Assembly (NCBI GenBank): GCA_039096225.1
Contig: JBBPEB010000015.1
Span: 868,001-932,000 of the forward strand
Reading direction: 5' to 3'
Length of the DNA stretch: 64,000 nucleotides
DNA from: Blastocystis sp. Blastoise
Lineage: Eukaryota; Protista; Bigyra: Opalinata
The notes under the pieces are model-generated. The model saw only the letters and a program-made list of their open reading frames with translations, was not told the origin of the DNA and made no database searches. Shown here in pieces: positions 1-17,512 of the stretch. Every line of letters begins with the position of its first letter. The stretch's first letter is position 1. Position numbers and translations under genes: made by a program.

Positions 1-804
1 GAGAAGAAATTACTTATGATTATCAAGTATATATATTGTTTATATATACAATTACTATTCATATTAATGTTGTACAATATATATTCTTGTAGAATTAATT
101 ATTTTTTAATATTATTCTTTTTATTTTTAATTTGTCCTTAATATATATATTAAATATATATATCAACTATTCTAGTCACAATAATATTTCTAAGAGTATT
201 CTATTTCTATTAGTTCTATTCAAATGATAAAATCAGATGTTTCTGTGGAAGCGAGAATTGCAGAGGTTATTTATCTTCTCAAAAGAAACAATCTTCTAAA
301 AATATTTCTAAGTATATATACATATATGTATTTGTTACCATTATTTTTTTTTTATTTTTTTTGAATAAATACATAATTATTATATTTATTATTATTATTA
401 TTATTATTATATATTCTAGTGATGATTTAGAGAGTATGACTACAAAACAATTAAAAGATACATATAGTAGACTTAAGAAAAAAATACCTAAAAAATATAA
501 TCCTCGACATATATCTCTTGTATCATCCACGTGCCCTGATATGCGTCATAGACCAATTGACTTAGGACCCTCTGAGGGAGATCTAGAGTCTATCCAATTA
601 TCTAGAGTAGCCAAATGGACAAATATTCTTAAAGGTAATATATATATATAATATAAATAAAAAAAATTTATTACACTATTATTATTATTTTTTTTTTTAA
701 TAATTACAATGTTTAACTCTTTAGCTGGTACATCGAAAGGAATGCTTGAACGATATCGACTAAAATACGATAAACATTATCTTCAATCTAAAAAAGAAAA
801 ATAA
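1..804 (+). CDS. SET-domain histone lysine methyltransferase, 3' part (spliced; gene starts before the window)
   Basis: Spliced translation EEITYDYQ|FYSNDKIRCFCGSENCRGYL gives the SET C-terminal ELTYDY-like motif plus the post-SET CxCGxxxCRG motif. Further GT-AG exons lead to TAA at 802-804. Confidence 0.85.
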
Positions 805-1518
805 TCACACTTTTTGAGATGTATTTTTTTTCCATTTTTCCATTGTTCACTTATATGGGTTTTTCTATTGCTGTTGTTTTATATTTTATGTTTTTTTTTG
901 TATGTTTGTCTTTATTATAGTTTCATAATATCGTTCTTTCTTTGTTGGCTATAAAATATATAGCAAGTATGTATTGTTTTTATGTATTATCTAACCTTTT
1001 TTACAAAACATTAACATAAGTATACTATCACTTTATATCAAGTTAGGCTCACGTTTTTCACGTCTTTAAAAAATAACTATTAAACATCAATCATATGCGC
1101 ATAATAACTAAGTAGTTCTAATGAAGTACGTGAGTCTCAACAATTTGATGTTTGAACACCTAATCATCAAATCATTAGCAACAATCTACTTTTAAAACAA
1201 TCATATAGTTGTTATGAGCTATATTTCTTTTACTTCGTTTGATGTCAGTTGTTGAGCCTTTCATTTTCTAGAACAACAAAACGATAATATATTCCATGAA
1301 CGAAGAAAATCAAAGTCAGAATGCTTCCATAAGAACTTCGTTTTCTACGAAAACTGAGCAGACTCAACCAATAAAAAACTTACATAATAAAAATAGATCC
1401 CAAATGACATCAGTCGTATCTTTCATAAAAAAATCCTACAAACTTCGTTTATACTTATCCAATAGAAAATAAACAAATATTCATTTATTTTTTATTTGAG
1501 AAACTATATTAAATAACA

Positions 1519-4500
1519 ATGTGTGGAATTGTTGCATATATTGGTGATAAACAAGCTTTATCTATTTTAGTGAATGGCCTAAAAAGAATGGAGTATTTAT
1601 TAGTTTATTATCATTTCAACATCTAGATACCGTGGGTATGATTCTTATGGCATTTGTCTGTTTAATAAAAAACATGTTTCAAGTGTAGATCAACCGCAAT
1701 TTAGTATAATTAAAAAAGTATCCAACACCTTTTATTGTTTTATAGATGTAGGTCGGTAAGATATCTTCTATTGATACAAAGGAACTTGGATCTTCATTTC
1801 AAGAAAGTGATTGTGGTGTTGCTCATACTCGATGGGCCACTCATGGAGTTCCTTCTGTGAATAATGCTCATCCTCACTTTAGTATGAGTTGGAAGATATG
1901 TGCTGTTCACAATGGAATCATCGAAAACTACTCTACTCTAAGACATTCACTTGAAAGTCAAGGGTATATCTCTATGAATATTGTCTATCAATTGATAGTA
2001 AAATATTATTTAGTTCCTTATTTATTTTTTTTTTAATAATTTAAAAATATATAGCTATGTATTCAAGAGTGAGACTGATACAGAAACTCTTCCTATTCTT
2101 GTTGAAAGCATAATGAAATCTCAATCAGTGTCTTTTCCTGAAGGTGTTGCTTTAGCTCTTTCTCAAGTATTTACTTTTGTTCTTCTATATCTTTCTGACA
2201 TTCAGACAAAATTATTTAATTATAAAAAAAAATATTCTATGACGTGATGAAATGACTCTAATTAATAATTATATAGGTTGAAGGAACTTTCGGAGTTGTT
2301 TTCATGCATTCAGATTATCCTGAGCAAATTATCGGTGCCCGAAATGGTTCACCATTGATCCTTGGCGTTGGTGATAATGAGGCGATTCTTGCGAGTGATG
2401 CTTCCGCTATTTTGAATGTGACAAAAGAAGTCGTTTATTTACAAGATGGAGATATGGTTATTCTAAATCAGTGTGGAAAATATGATTTATATAAGTTGTC
2501 AGAAATTGTCAATCAATGGAAGAAACATCAAAACTCGGTATTTTCTCCTATTATTTTTTGTTTATAGAGAGTTTATTAAGAAAACTATTTTAATTAATTA
2601 TGTTTAGGTTGATTGTTGGAATAAACACTCAGAAATGGCTCGTGTATTCAATTATGATTTTCTTGTCTTCATTATATTTTTATAGATACAAAAGACTATT
2701 CAAGAATTAAGTATGGATATTGATGATATCGAAAAGGGAGGATATGATCATTATATGCTCAAAGAAATCATGGAACAAACCGATGTATATATATATATAT
2801 TTTAATAGGTGAACTATTTAATTTGTTTCTACATATATATATATATTTGTTTAATTATATGTGAGATAGATTCCAAATATTTATATATATAATTAATCAA
2901 GCTTTCTAATATTTCAGCATAAAATGATATATATATATATAGTAAATCATTATATATATAGTCTTTACAAAATTTGCTTCGTGGACGTTTATCTACAGCT
3001 CCCTTATCACTCAAATTAGGAGGAATTGAGGGAGTTATAGATGTTCTAACAGAAGCCCAAAGATATATTATTATTGCTTGTGGAACATCATGGCATTCAG
3101 GACTTGTATATTATTATTATTATTTAATATTTATTATTATTATTATTATTATTATTTATATTATTATTTATATTATTATTATTATTATTTATATTATATT
3201 ATTTTTATTATTATGTTTATATTATTATTTATATTATTATTTATATTATTATTTATATTATTATTTATATTAAAATATTTATTATTATCTATATTATTGT
3301 CATTATAAAAATACTCTGTAGGTAGCAAAATATATTTTAGAAGACTGGCTTCGAATACCTGTTGAAGTAGATTATGCAAGTGAATTTAGGTATATACTAA
3401 TAGATATCTCTTTTTCTATACGATCGTACATATTATTTATTATATAATGACTTTTATTTATGTTAGTATATCTAGTATTATATAAAAAGCATGTTAATAT
3501 AGATATCGGAATCCTATTCTTCATCAATCTGATGTATGTATCTTTATTTCTCAGTCAGGAGAAACAGCAGATACTTTAGCTGCTATACATATAGCGAAAG
3601 AACATGGAGTTCCTACAATAGGATTCGTGAATGTTGTTGGATCAACAATTGCAAGAGAAACTGATGCTGGAATGTATTTATTAACATATATATATAGTGT
3701 ATAATAATACTTGTATTACTTATATAGTTATTTACATGTTGGACCTGAGATTGGGGTTGCTTCTACTAAGGCATTTACAGGACAAGTATATATCTATTAT
3801 TATGAATATATATATAAGGAATTAATATATAGAATCATAATATATATTATTTACTATATAACGATACACTTATTGTTAATCATATATTAAGAATAATTAT
3901 AAGGATAATATATAAATATATTTAGGTGTTAGCTTTGATGCTTCTTGGACTGAAAGTTGCTGAAATGAAAAAAAGCATATCTGAAGAAAGAATTGATTAT
4001 TATTTTGAACAAATAGCGAATCTGCCAAGTATTGTTGAGTATATATATATAATACTATTTATGATTATATAAAACTATAATAGTTATGTTAATAACAAAA
4101 TATATATGATATATAGAAAAGTATTACATATGAATAATGAGAAAATTGAAATGATTGCTCAAATATATAGGTATTCTATATCAATTACACTCCTATATAT
4201 ATACATAATGTTTTGATTAGATATTCTCCTTCCTTCCTTTATTTGGGTCGTGGAGTTAATTATCCTGTAGCCTTAGAAGGAGCTTTAAAAATGAAAGAAA
4301 TCAGGTATATACTTATAGTAATTATCGTAGTATGAATAGCATGAATAGTTTTATTACATATATATATATTTATTCTATATACTATATAGTTATATACATG
4401 CAGAAGGATATCCTGCTGCTGAAATGAAACATGGACCTATTGCTCTTATAGATAAGCAAATGCCCGTTGTAATCATAGCTCCTCAATCGGATCCGTATTT

Positions 4501-4596
4501 ATTGATATATCATTTGTTTATATTATTATTATTATTTGTAATTCATTTATTATATATATATATATATAATTCATTTAATATATATATATATAATTC

Positions 4597-4694
<98 letters not shown>

Positions 4695-5105
4695 CATTTA
4701 ATATATATATATATAAATAATAATATATACATATTACACTAATATATATAGAATATATTTGAAAGTTAAAAGTAATATAGAAGAGGTGAGAGCAAGAAAA
4801 GGAAATTTGATTATTATAACTGAAGAAGTAAATACTATATATATATTAATATAATTACAAAAATATCGTTTTTAGGGAAATACTGATTTTGATTTGATTA
4901 GTGATTATATAATAAAACTACCCAAAGTTGATTCTTATCTCTTCCCTATTCTCTCTATAATTCCACTTCAAGTATATTATTGAACTATATCTATTTCAAT
5001 ATTATTGTTTTCTATTCTTAGTTACTTTCATATTATACTGCTAAAATGAGAGGGTGTGATATTGATCAACCAAGAAATCTTGCAAAAAGTGTAACTGTTG
5101 AATAA
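1519..5105 (+). CDS. GFA1: Glutamine:fructose-6-phosphate amidotransferase (GFAT/GlmS), about 17 introns
   Basis: MCGIVAY (catalytic N-terminal Cys), [64 protein letters not shown] and C-terminal [11 protein letters not shown]. All introns are GT-AG and restore frame. Confidence 0.97.
4599..4691. repeat. Intronic (TA)n microsatellite (GFAT)
   Basis: Uninterrupted TA run. Similar runs occur at about 8575-8624, 18701-18752, 40564-40634, 51572-51680 and 59717-59764. Confidence 0.95.
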
Positions 5106-6660
5106 TATTAAAAACATAAATAGCATGCTTTATTCGTGTTTATTATTCCTATTCTATATTTATCTTCAATATCTTTAATAAAGAGTCTTTTCAGTTAATT
5201 ATTATTTTACATTTTCATTGATAAAACAACACTGAAACAAATATGAATACATATAAAAGTTATGCATATTGTTGGATATGACTATAATAAAGAATAAGTT
5301 TGTCAGTCTCTTTGAAATTCTAAATAATTAATATATATATATGGGTATATCAATAGAATATACATCAAAAATATCTCCAATAAACTCATTATATGCTGGT
5401 GTGAATGAATTAACCCATATAAACTATATTCTTGTGAATTCAAAGAATAAAATAAATATATATATGTATATACAATATCAGAATAAGACTTTATGTGTAA
5501 AAGAGAACGCAAAAATGTACAAACCTATTTGGATACAATCATTAAGAATACTCAGATACTTCATAGAAAGTTGTTTCCCGCTTAAACATATATATCTTAT
5601 ATGGAAGAGGAATATAGTTAACGGATTTAAAAAGAATAGGTACTATATGAGGAATAAAACATATATTAAGCAGAGATACCTGTTATATCAAGTTGATCCA
5701 TATGGAAACATAAGTCTCCTTCAATTTAAGTTCTTTGTACAGCCTAATAAAATATCGAAAGAAATCCAAAACGAAGATTTTATTTTAAAAATACTATTTT
5801 ATGTCCATGACAAAACTTGTCATAATTTTATATATTTTGGTTTTATTTTCATCTATTTCTGAAACTAAAAAAGAAAAATGGTAATCCATAATTATAGTAT
5901 TCCTTAAATTGTTACTAAAATAGAACCTTCCAAGTATGTACATATGCATACCTATATATATATATGATCTGGATAAGGAATAAAACGAAATTGCAATCAT
6001 GTTAACATAAACCAAAAAAAAAATTAAAAATTTCTAGAAAAACACTTTCAAATGTTATTTGTACATTTCTGCATATACTTTGTGTTATAATTTTATAAAA
6101 ATATATTTGTTGTATTTCAAATATCTCAATATATACATAGCAATGCATATATCTAAGAATTTCATCTCATTAACGATTATTAATCAATTGTGTTTCTTTG
6201 CAAAACATTTTAACACAGAAAAACATATATAGAACCATATAGAAATCATATAAGAACATCAACTATCGACAACTACAATAAACTAAAAACTAAAGACCTT
6301 ATTACTACAATACTTTTATGATACATATATTGCACTCAATCCTATGAAATAAAGAATGAAAGAATTCACTTATCTATACATCTTAATGTCAATTATAAAT
6401 CCTTAACTGGATTATTCTTACGAATGAAACTTTAGAATAGCTCATGAGCGCATTCCTTGATATTTAAATAAAGGATAATTTTTTCATTTTAAGAATATAC
6501 ATATCAATTGTGACAGACACACAAATAGAAAATGATAACTGTTTCGTCTTTCTTGTTTTTCTGTAAAAATATCCGTGAAATTGCGGTTCTTTCCTTGAAT
6601 AAATTGAGTTTACATAATGAAACGATTATAAATTAAAAATACGTTTATTTCCTAATTAAA

Positions 6661-9967
<3,307 letters not shown>

Positions 9968-11100
9968 AACAGACATATATATATATATAGAAAGAAAGAA
10001 AAAAGATATTGAATTTTCTTTTTAATATTCATAACTATTTATTGTATATACATCAATAGTTATATAGTATTATTATGAATATATTAATACTCAAACTTCT
10101 TTCTCTCTTGTCTCTTTTTTATTTTTCTTTATATATATATATATATTCTATTTTCATTTCATATAATATTATCATATTCTCTTTTCATAAATTATAATCT
10201 TCTTCATCATTACCTTATTATTTCATTCAAATTATATCTAATGTTTTTGTCACATATTCTTCTATATGTCACGTGCTTATTTCTCAGGGTAAATCTCTAT
10301 TTATAAATCAAAATTTTTAAAACATATATATACAATATATATGTTATTTTACACTTATTTTCATATATTCATGTTTCTATTGTTAGTTTTCGTAATTATA
10401 TCCTTGTCATTTAATTTCTTCTTTTTATATATGTATCTTTTTTATATACATTTTTTTTTGATTCTCTATATTATGTATTAAGAATAAATCATTTATAATA
10501 ATATATCATTTATAATAAAATATTATAAATGATTTATAATATTTTATTATAAATCATTTATAATAATATATCATTTATAATAAAATATTATAAATCATAT
10601 AAATAATACAATAGAAAATCATTATTATATATATATACATTCATTGATACATAAACTTTTAATATCTCTTTTGAGTATATATGATTTATTACTAAAATTG
10701 TTATTACTCATTTTTTTTCTTTTTTATTAACTTTTCTTTTTCAATATATCTTTTTATTTCATGTATTATTAGAAAAATAATTATTTTCATACATATCTTG
10801 CTACTTACGTGATTGCCTTTTCTGTTAATTTCCATGTTTTATCTAATTTGTTAATAGTTTATCATTATTCCTTTCTTTGTTGAGCACATAATAACTAAAA
10901 ATGAATCTAATTTAAATGAAATTAATAATACCACCCAAATATCTATAAAACTCATATGAATATATAGAAAAAACGATAAAAAAGAAGTCTCTTTGTGTAA
11001 CCTTTGGACACTTGACTGACAAAGTATATAGATTTTTCTGTAGGAGACTGTTCTGTCTTTCAACTATAATTATAAAAAACGAATTTAAAATAGGTTCACC

Positions 11101-11942
11101 ATGCAAGGTACAATAAATGAAGGAAAACCGAAAGGATACTTAACGATTTGGAATGTATCTAAGAAGCATAATGTAGGAAATATGATAAGAAGTGCTGTAG
11201 CGTTAGGTATGGATGGAGTTGTGATTATTGGAAATAGAAAACTTCAGTTCTTTGGTGCTAAAGGTTCAGATAGTCATATTCCAATTCATGTTTTTCCAAC
11301 GATGGAATTAGCTAAACAATGGTTTAAGGAAAATAATATTACTGTGTGTGGTGTAGAAATTGATTCCACTGCAAAAGATGTTCGTGAACATCCTTTTCAA
11401 GGAAATACAGCAATTATGATGGGTAACGAAGTATATATATTTTTATTTAGATATTATTATTATTGTAATTAATGTATGGTTTTCAATTATTTATAGTATA
11501 ATAATTTTAATTAAGTAATATATAAATCATTCATGATCTAGAACTACTTTTACCAATAATCATATTTTTAGAAATAAATATAAATATATTATTAGATTTT
11601 GAGTTATTATTTCTATAGGGTGATGGTATGGATGCAAAACAAAAGTCATTTTGTGATTATTTTGTTTATATTCCTCAATTTGGAACAGGTACTGCTTCTT
11701 TGAATGTTTGTGTAGCTAGTTCTATTGTTATGCATGAATATGCTCATTGGGCACAATATCAGGAAGCACCTCGTCAAACAGAATGTGATAAATATGTAGT
11801 TAAAGCTGAACATCGTAAACAAATTATATTTCATAAAGATCCTAATGAAGAAGAAGGAGAAGAAACTTATGAATCAGGATGTTTATTTGATTCTAAAGAA
11901 GATGATGATGAAAATAATTTAAGTAATGAAGAAGAAAATTAA
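11101..11942 (+). CDS. SpoU/TrmH-family RNA 2'-O-methyltransferase (1 intron, 11431-11618)
   Basis: SPOUT motifs KKHNVGNMIRSA, IMMGNE|GDG and VYIPQFGTGTASLNVCVA, followed by an acidic tail. Confidence 0.92.
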
Positions 11943-12377
11943 AGTATTGAATTGATATTGCTTTGTTATTCTGTTATAAAATTAAAAAAAAAAAAAAAAA
12001 TTATTTTTTTGAACAAAACAAATAATATATTTAATATAGTTTTGATAAGAATTATCATAGCAAGCATAGTAAGTAAATCCCTTGATAATTATTAGAAAAT
12101 TTGAAAAAGAAATATTTATTTTTATAAAAAGTAATAGATAATTAATTTTATGTTAAAGCGAAAAAATGGATATAGTTAAATATTATAATGATTTATATAT
12201 ATATATATATGAAAAAAAGAGAGATTATATATTATATATATATAATTATTATCAAATAAATAAAAAGAAAAAGCAAATAATCGTATATAAAGAGATTTTT
12301 ATTTTGAATTATAAAGGATAATATATAAAATAAATTTGATTACTATTTATTTATAAAAATAGTAATCATAATTCTAT

Positions 12378-14426
12378 TTAGAAATATCCTTTATTCAACG
12401 AATAAGCAGTAAAGAAAGGAGCAAAGACTAAAGAGATAATAGCCATAAGTTTCATAAGAATGTTAAGTGAAGGACCTGAAGTATCTTTAAGAGGATCTCC
12501 AACAGTATCACCAACAACAGCAGCTTTATGAGCATCACTTCCTTTACCTCCATGATTACCCTTTTCAACATATTTCTTAGCATTATCCCAAGCACCACCA
12601 GTATTAGAAGCAGAAATAGCCATTTGAACACCAGAAACTAAACCACCAGCAAGAACACCAGTAAGAGCATTGACACCAAAGAAGAAACCAGTAATAAGAG
12701 GTGTTAACATAACTAAACAACCAGGAGCAATCATTTCTTTAAGAGAAGCATGAGTAGAAATAGCAACACATTTTTCATAATCAGGTTCTTCTGTACGATC
12801 CATAATACCAGGTTTTTCTCTAAATTGTCTACGAACTTCTTCAACCATAGATTTAGCAGCTTTACCAACAGATTTCATAGTCATAGCAGTAAACCAATAA
12901 GGAAGCATAGCACCAACAATTAAACCAGCAAAAGTAAGAGGTTGTAAGATATCAACACCAGTAATATTGGTACGAGTAACAAAAGCACCGAATAAAGCTA
13001 AAGAAACAAGAGAAGCAGAACCAATAGCAAAGCCTTTACCGATAGCAGCAGTAGTATTACCAGCAGCATCAAGAGCATCCGTCTTACGACGAACAGAAGA
13101 AGATAAGCCAGCCATTTCAGCAATACCACCCGCATTATCTGTAATAGGACCATAGCCATCAATAGTTAAGGAACAAGCTAATGTACCAAGCATACCAAGA
13201 GCAGATAAAGCAACACCATACATATTAGCAAAGTAGAAAGAGAAGAAAATAGTAATAGCAAGACAGAAAACAGGAAGAACATTAGATAAATAACCTAAAG
13301 CTAAACCGAAAATGATGTTAGTAGCAGCACCAGTTTCACAAGAAGCAGAAACTTCTTGAACAGGTTTATAAGAATAAGAAGTCATATAATCAGTATAGAA
13401 ACCAATAATAAGACCAGACCAAAGACCAAATAATATACAACCATAAGCATAAGAAGGATTAGCATATTTATAACAGAAACCATATTCTTTATCATAAGTA
13501 TTTAATACATAAACACAGAATTTTTCAGGAAGAGCAAAATAAGTTAATCCACCTAAGATAAGTGTAGCTAAAACAGTAGATAAAATAAGTTGAATCTTAA
13601 GATTACGTTCAATATGTTCTTCTCTCTTAACAGTTAAACAAGGAATAGAAGTAGCAAAGAAGGAAGTAATAAAAGAAGCAAGAATACCACCAGCAGAAAT
13701 AAGAAGAGGGAATAAAAGAGCAGTATAACTAGCATTTAATTCAGGAGAAACAGAAGAAATTAAAAGAGCAGCACAAGAAGATTCAGCAAAAGAGCCAAAA
13801 AGATCAGCACCCATACCAGCAATATCACCTACGTTATCACCAACATTATCAGCAATAACAGCAGGATTTCTAGGATCATCTTCAGGAATACCAGCTTCTA
13901 CTTTACCTACAAGATCAGCACCTACATCAGCAGCTTTAGTATAAATACCACCACCAACACGACCAAATAAAGCAACAGAAGAACCACCTAAACCATAACC
14001 AGCAACAGCTTCAAAAAGACGTTCAGCACTATGAGGATCAACAATAGTATCTACTTTAAAATAAGTCTTAAAACATTCAATAATAATATATAACATAATA
14101 AGACCAAGAGAAGTTAAAGCAAAACCCATAACAGAACCAGCACGGAAAGCTACATTAAAACCTTCAGTCCAAGAAACTTGACACATAGTAGCAGTTCTAG
14201 CATTAGTATAAACAGCAATTCTCATACCAATATAACCACTAATAACAGAAGAAACACCACCAATAAGGAAAGCAATAGTAGTAAATAAACCATCCATCCA
14301 ACAATTCTCATTACCAGCAACCCATTGACAACCTATTATAAAGAATTAATAATTAATTATATAAATTTTTAATAATGTAAAATTTGTGAAATTTTTTAAT
14401 TTAAATAATAAATAAAATTAAGAAAA

Positions 14427-14490
<64 letters not shown>

Positions 14491-15077
14491 AGAAGGAATT
14501 CCAATAAATATTTCATATACCTTCATAAGCAGTATCACAAACTGTACCATTGTTCATTAAAACTTTAGCACCACAAGTAGTAGGAGTACCAAGTAAAAGG
14601 AAAAGTACAACAGAAAAACAGATTAAGAAAATAATAACTACTCTATATTCAGCAAATAAGAAAGCTTTAGCACCTTTAGTAATAAATCCTTGAATAGCTA
14701 CAAGAGATTTGGTTTTAATTTCAGCAAGTGAATCATTATCACCTTCTTCTACAGTAGTAGGAGTTTCAGGATTAGGAGTTACACCTGGAGTTTTGTCAGA
14801 TTTGTTTTTAGGAATATATTTAACACTATATTAAAATAAAATGTGAAATAGTTGTAGGTCGTTTATTGAAGCGAAAGAAATAATAAATACATAATAATCA
14901 TAATACTAATATAATAACTAAGAAAGATATATACGTGACTCTAGAAACCTTCCATGCTTGGAAAAGAGCAAAGAGAATACCGATTACACCTGAGATGACA
15001 ATAAAGGGGATAGTAAATTGTTCAGGAACCTATTTGAATTATAACATAACAAGATCAATTAAATATACAAAAACCAT
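12378..15077 (-). CDS. Membrane H+-translocating pyrophosphatase, type I (K+-dependent)
   Basis: [51 protein letters not shown] (Ala, the K+-dependent signature) and [14 protein letters not shown]. Three 5' introns are followed by one exon, 14332-12378. Confidence 0.97.
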
Positions 15078-15346
15078 CTTGAATGTTTTGGATAAAACAA
15101 ACGAATATATAAAAAATAGTTCGAATGTCTGGATAATTTTTGAGAAGATCAACAACAAAAAGAGAAAAGCGGGAACCTAAAGTGGTTACCACCATGCGTC
15201 ATCAAAAGAGAAAAAACGAAGTTTTATGATTCTAAAAATTAATTAAGAAAAAATAATGGAGGAACCACTTCAAAAAAGGAGTGTCGTCTTGACATTTTGG
15301 CAGGGGTCATCAGGCAGGACCTCTTTCAGCGGGAAATGGGGAAAAA

Positions 15347-15617
15347 AAGCGCAAAAAGAGCCAGTTTTTACAAAAAAACACTGAAGAATCAGTCAAAAAA
15401 TAATTAAAAAACCACTAAAAAAAATAAAAAAACAAGTATAATTTTCTTAAAAACCGTCGGTATTTTTTCAAAGACATTGTTTTTGAGCTTATCTTGACGT
15501 GCTACACAAAACCGAACTATTTTCAAGTGAAAAAAATAAATAATCAGAGAGAAAATGTAAAATAATCGTTTAAGCGCAAAAACAGCATCAATAAGCGCAC
15601 TTTGCGCTAAAAGCGCA
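15347..15617. promoter_or_regulatory. Cluster of AGCGCA motifs upstream of the H+-PPase
   Basis: AAGCGCA at 15347, 15572, 15593 and 15611, plus an inverted TGCGCT at 15603, in an AT-rich background. Confidence 0.4.
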
Positions 15618-17512
15618 GTTTTGGCACACCCTGCATTTTGGAAGCAACAAATCTTTTTCTTTATTTTAAAATACAGATTGTCTTTCTATTTCTATAAGAT
15701 ACTCGAAAATGACATGGATTTTTTTCCGTTTTTTTTATTACACGATTTATTTTATGTATATTTATGTGTTTTTATTTTTTAATCTCTTTTCTTATCTTCT
15801 TTATTAGGATATTTTAGACTTTATCTATCCTATTATGGAAAAGAACACAAAAGAATTCAAAAAGAAAAAAAGAAAATAGATGTTCTTAGAACGTTTTCGT
15901 TTTGAAATTATCATTTTTCGATTAGAATACTCTTATGTCCAGATCAATTATATTATATATTATTTTAAAACTACGTTTTAAACTGATTTTATGTTTTTCG
16001 TATACAAACAGCTGGAGTCTTTAATATTCAAAGATTTATCGAATTTATTATAGATAATGAATTGCACTGTGGAAGTTGAAATATAGAATTAACATATATG
16101 CGTTTTATTCAAGGTTATGAAACTGTTTTCTGAGTAATCATACACAAATATCCTAATAGAAATGCAATATTCGTTTATATAAACTTGAACTGATATCTAT
16201 ATGATAGAATCATGCTCGATTTCAAGAATTTCTTATTCAAGATTGATACGAATTGGGTTATTTCTTCTTATAATCTAATCTTTCGATTCTCAAGAGGTAC
16301 AGAACAAGTAAGTATGTAATATATCATAATAGTAGGCTAGAAGATATTGAATTAGAGTGAGATTGTTTGTTATGATTCTCTTTTACTATCATTTCGGTTA
16401 CTCACTTCTCCTTGTAATGTATGACGTCGATGATTAATATGTATATGCCATGCCAGTTTCTATTTTTTTTTTATTTTTATTTCGAGAAAAAGAGAAAAAG
16501 CGAAGTTTTTAAAGATAGCTTCCACTTATCTTTCGATAAACACATTTTGTTTATCTTTTCATCCAGTATATTTCTTTGTTTTTAAAGAGATCTTTTCAAG
16601 AGGAGAATTAAAAAGAAATCAATTCTCCTCTTCTTCATTTAATAATAAGAGGAAACATGATCGCCATTAGTGTTTTATTAATCAAGACATTTCTTCCTTG
16701 TCTTTCCCTATTCCTTTTTGTTATTAAGTGATTCATTTGCTGTGTATAATATGATCTTGCAATATATATTATAGATATTCTATATATGACATGAACTATA
16801 ACTTTTTAAAGTAGTATTCAAGTGTGATCACGTCTTTTTTGTTTGATATCATCCTTGAAAATAAAAGTGAATAACATAATCAATGCAGAGAGTTGTATGA
16901 GACTCAAATTGTGAAGGTGATAAGTGAAATATGACTGTCTTGTCAAAAAGAAATATCATACAATTACTTTATTGTAGTTAAATCATTCATGAATTCTTTT
17001 ACTATCTAGATTCTACATAAGAGTTCACTGATAACATAAAAATGTCTTTTACATATACAGTGTGATTCATGTGTTTATGTGAAAGCGAATTATTACAATG
17101 TTAAAAAACAGTTACAGAAACATATTCTATCATTATAAACACATAAAAACTCAGAATAAACATAAATGTTTTAGAATAATATGCTACAAAGGATATTTCA
17201 TTACGTATTAATATGCTCAGCGAATGCTAACAATACTAAGTTTATTTATAAAGACTACATTCTCTATTTGAGTCACAAAAAAGATTCTTTTCTTTTGTTT
17301 CATTTAAAACTATTTATGATTTCCAATTATGAAAACTTACTATTTTATGCTATGTTCGAAGTATCAAAAACACCTCATTCATTGAAATTATGCAAGAATA
17401 CGAAACTATTAATATTTTTTTTAAATGAAAAAAGAAATATTCTCGCCGAACTTTTAAATAAAATAACGGTAAAATTTGTTTCATTTTCTTGACTTGAACT
17501 CGTCGTAATTTC

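Noticed and set aside
1718-1751. GFAT intron 2 (GTATCCAA) as a U12 GT-AG intron
   Set aside because: It lacks the TT at +7/+8 and a clear TCCTTAAC-like branch site, so it is treated as an ordinary short intron.
12967-13155. Antisense ORFs over the H+-PPase and other genes (14935-15180, 26005-26220, 60672-60908)
   Set aside because: Shadow frames caused by codon bias on the coding strand.
15030-15077. ATG-only first exon in the H+-PPase
   Set aside because: A consensus GTATAT donor 6 nt further on gives an in-frame ATG GTT TTT exon and a typical 39-nt intron, which is more likely.
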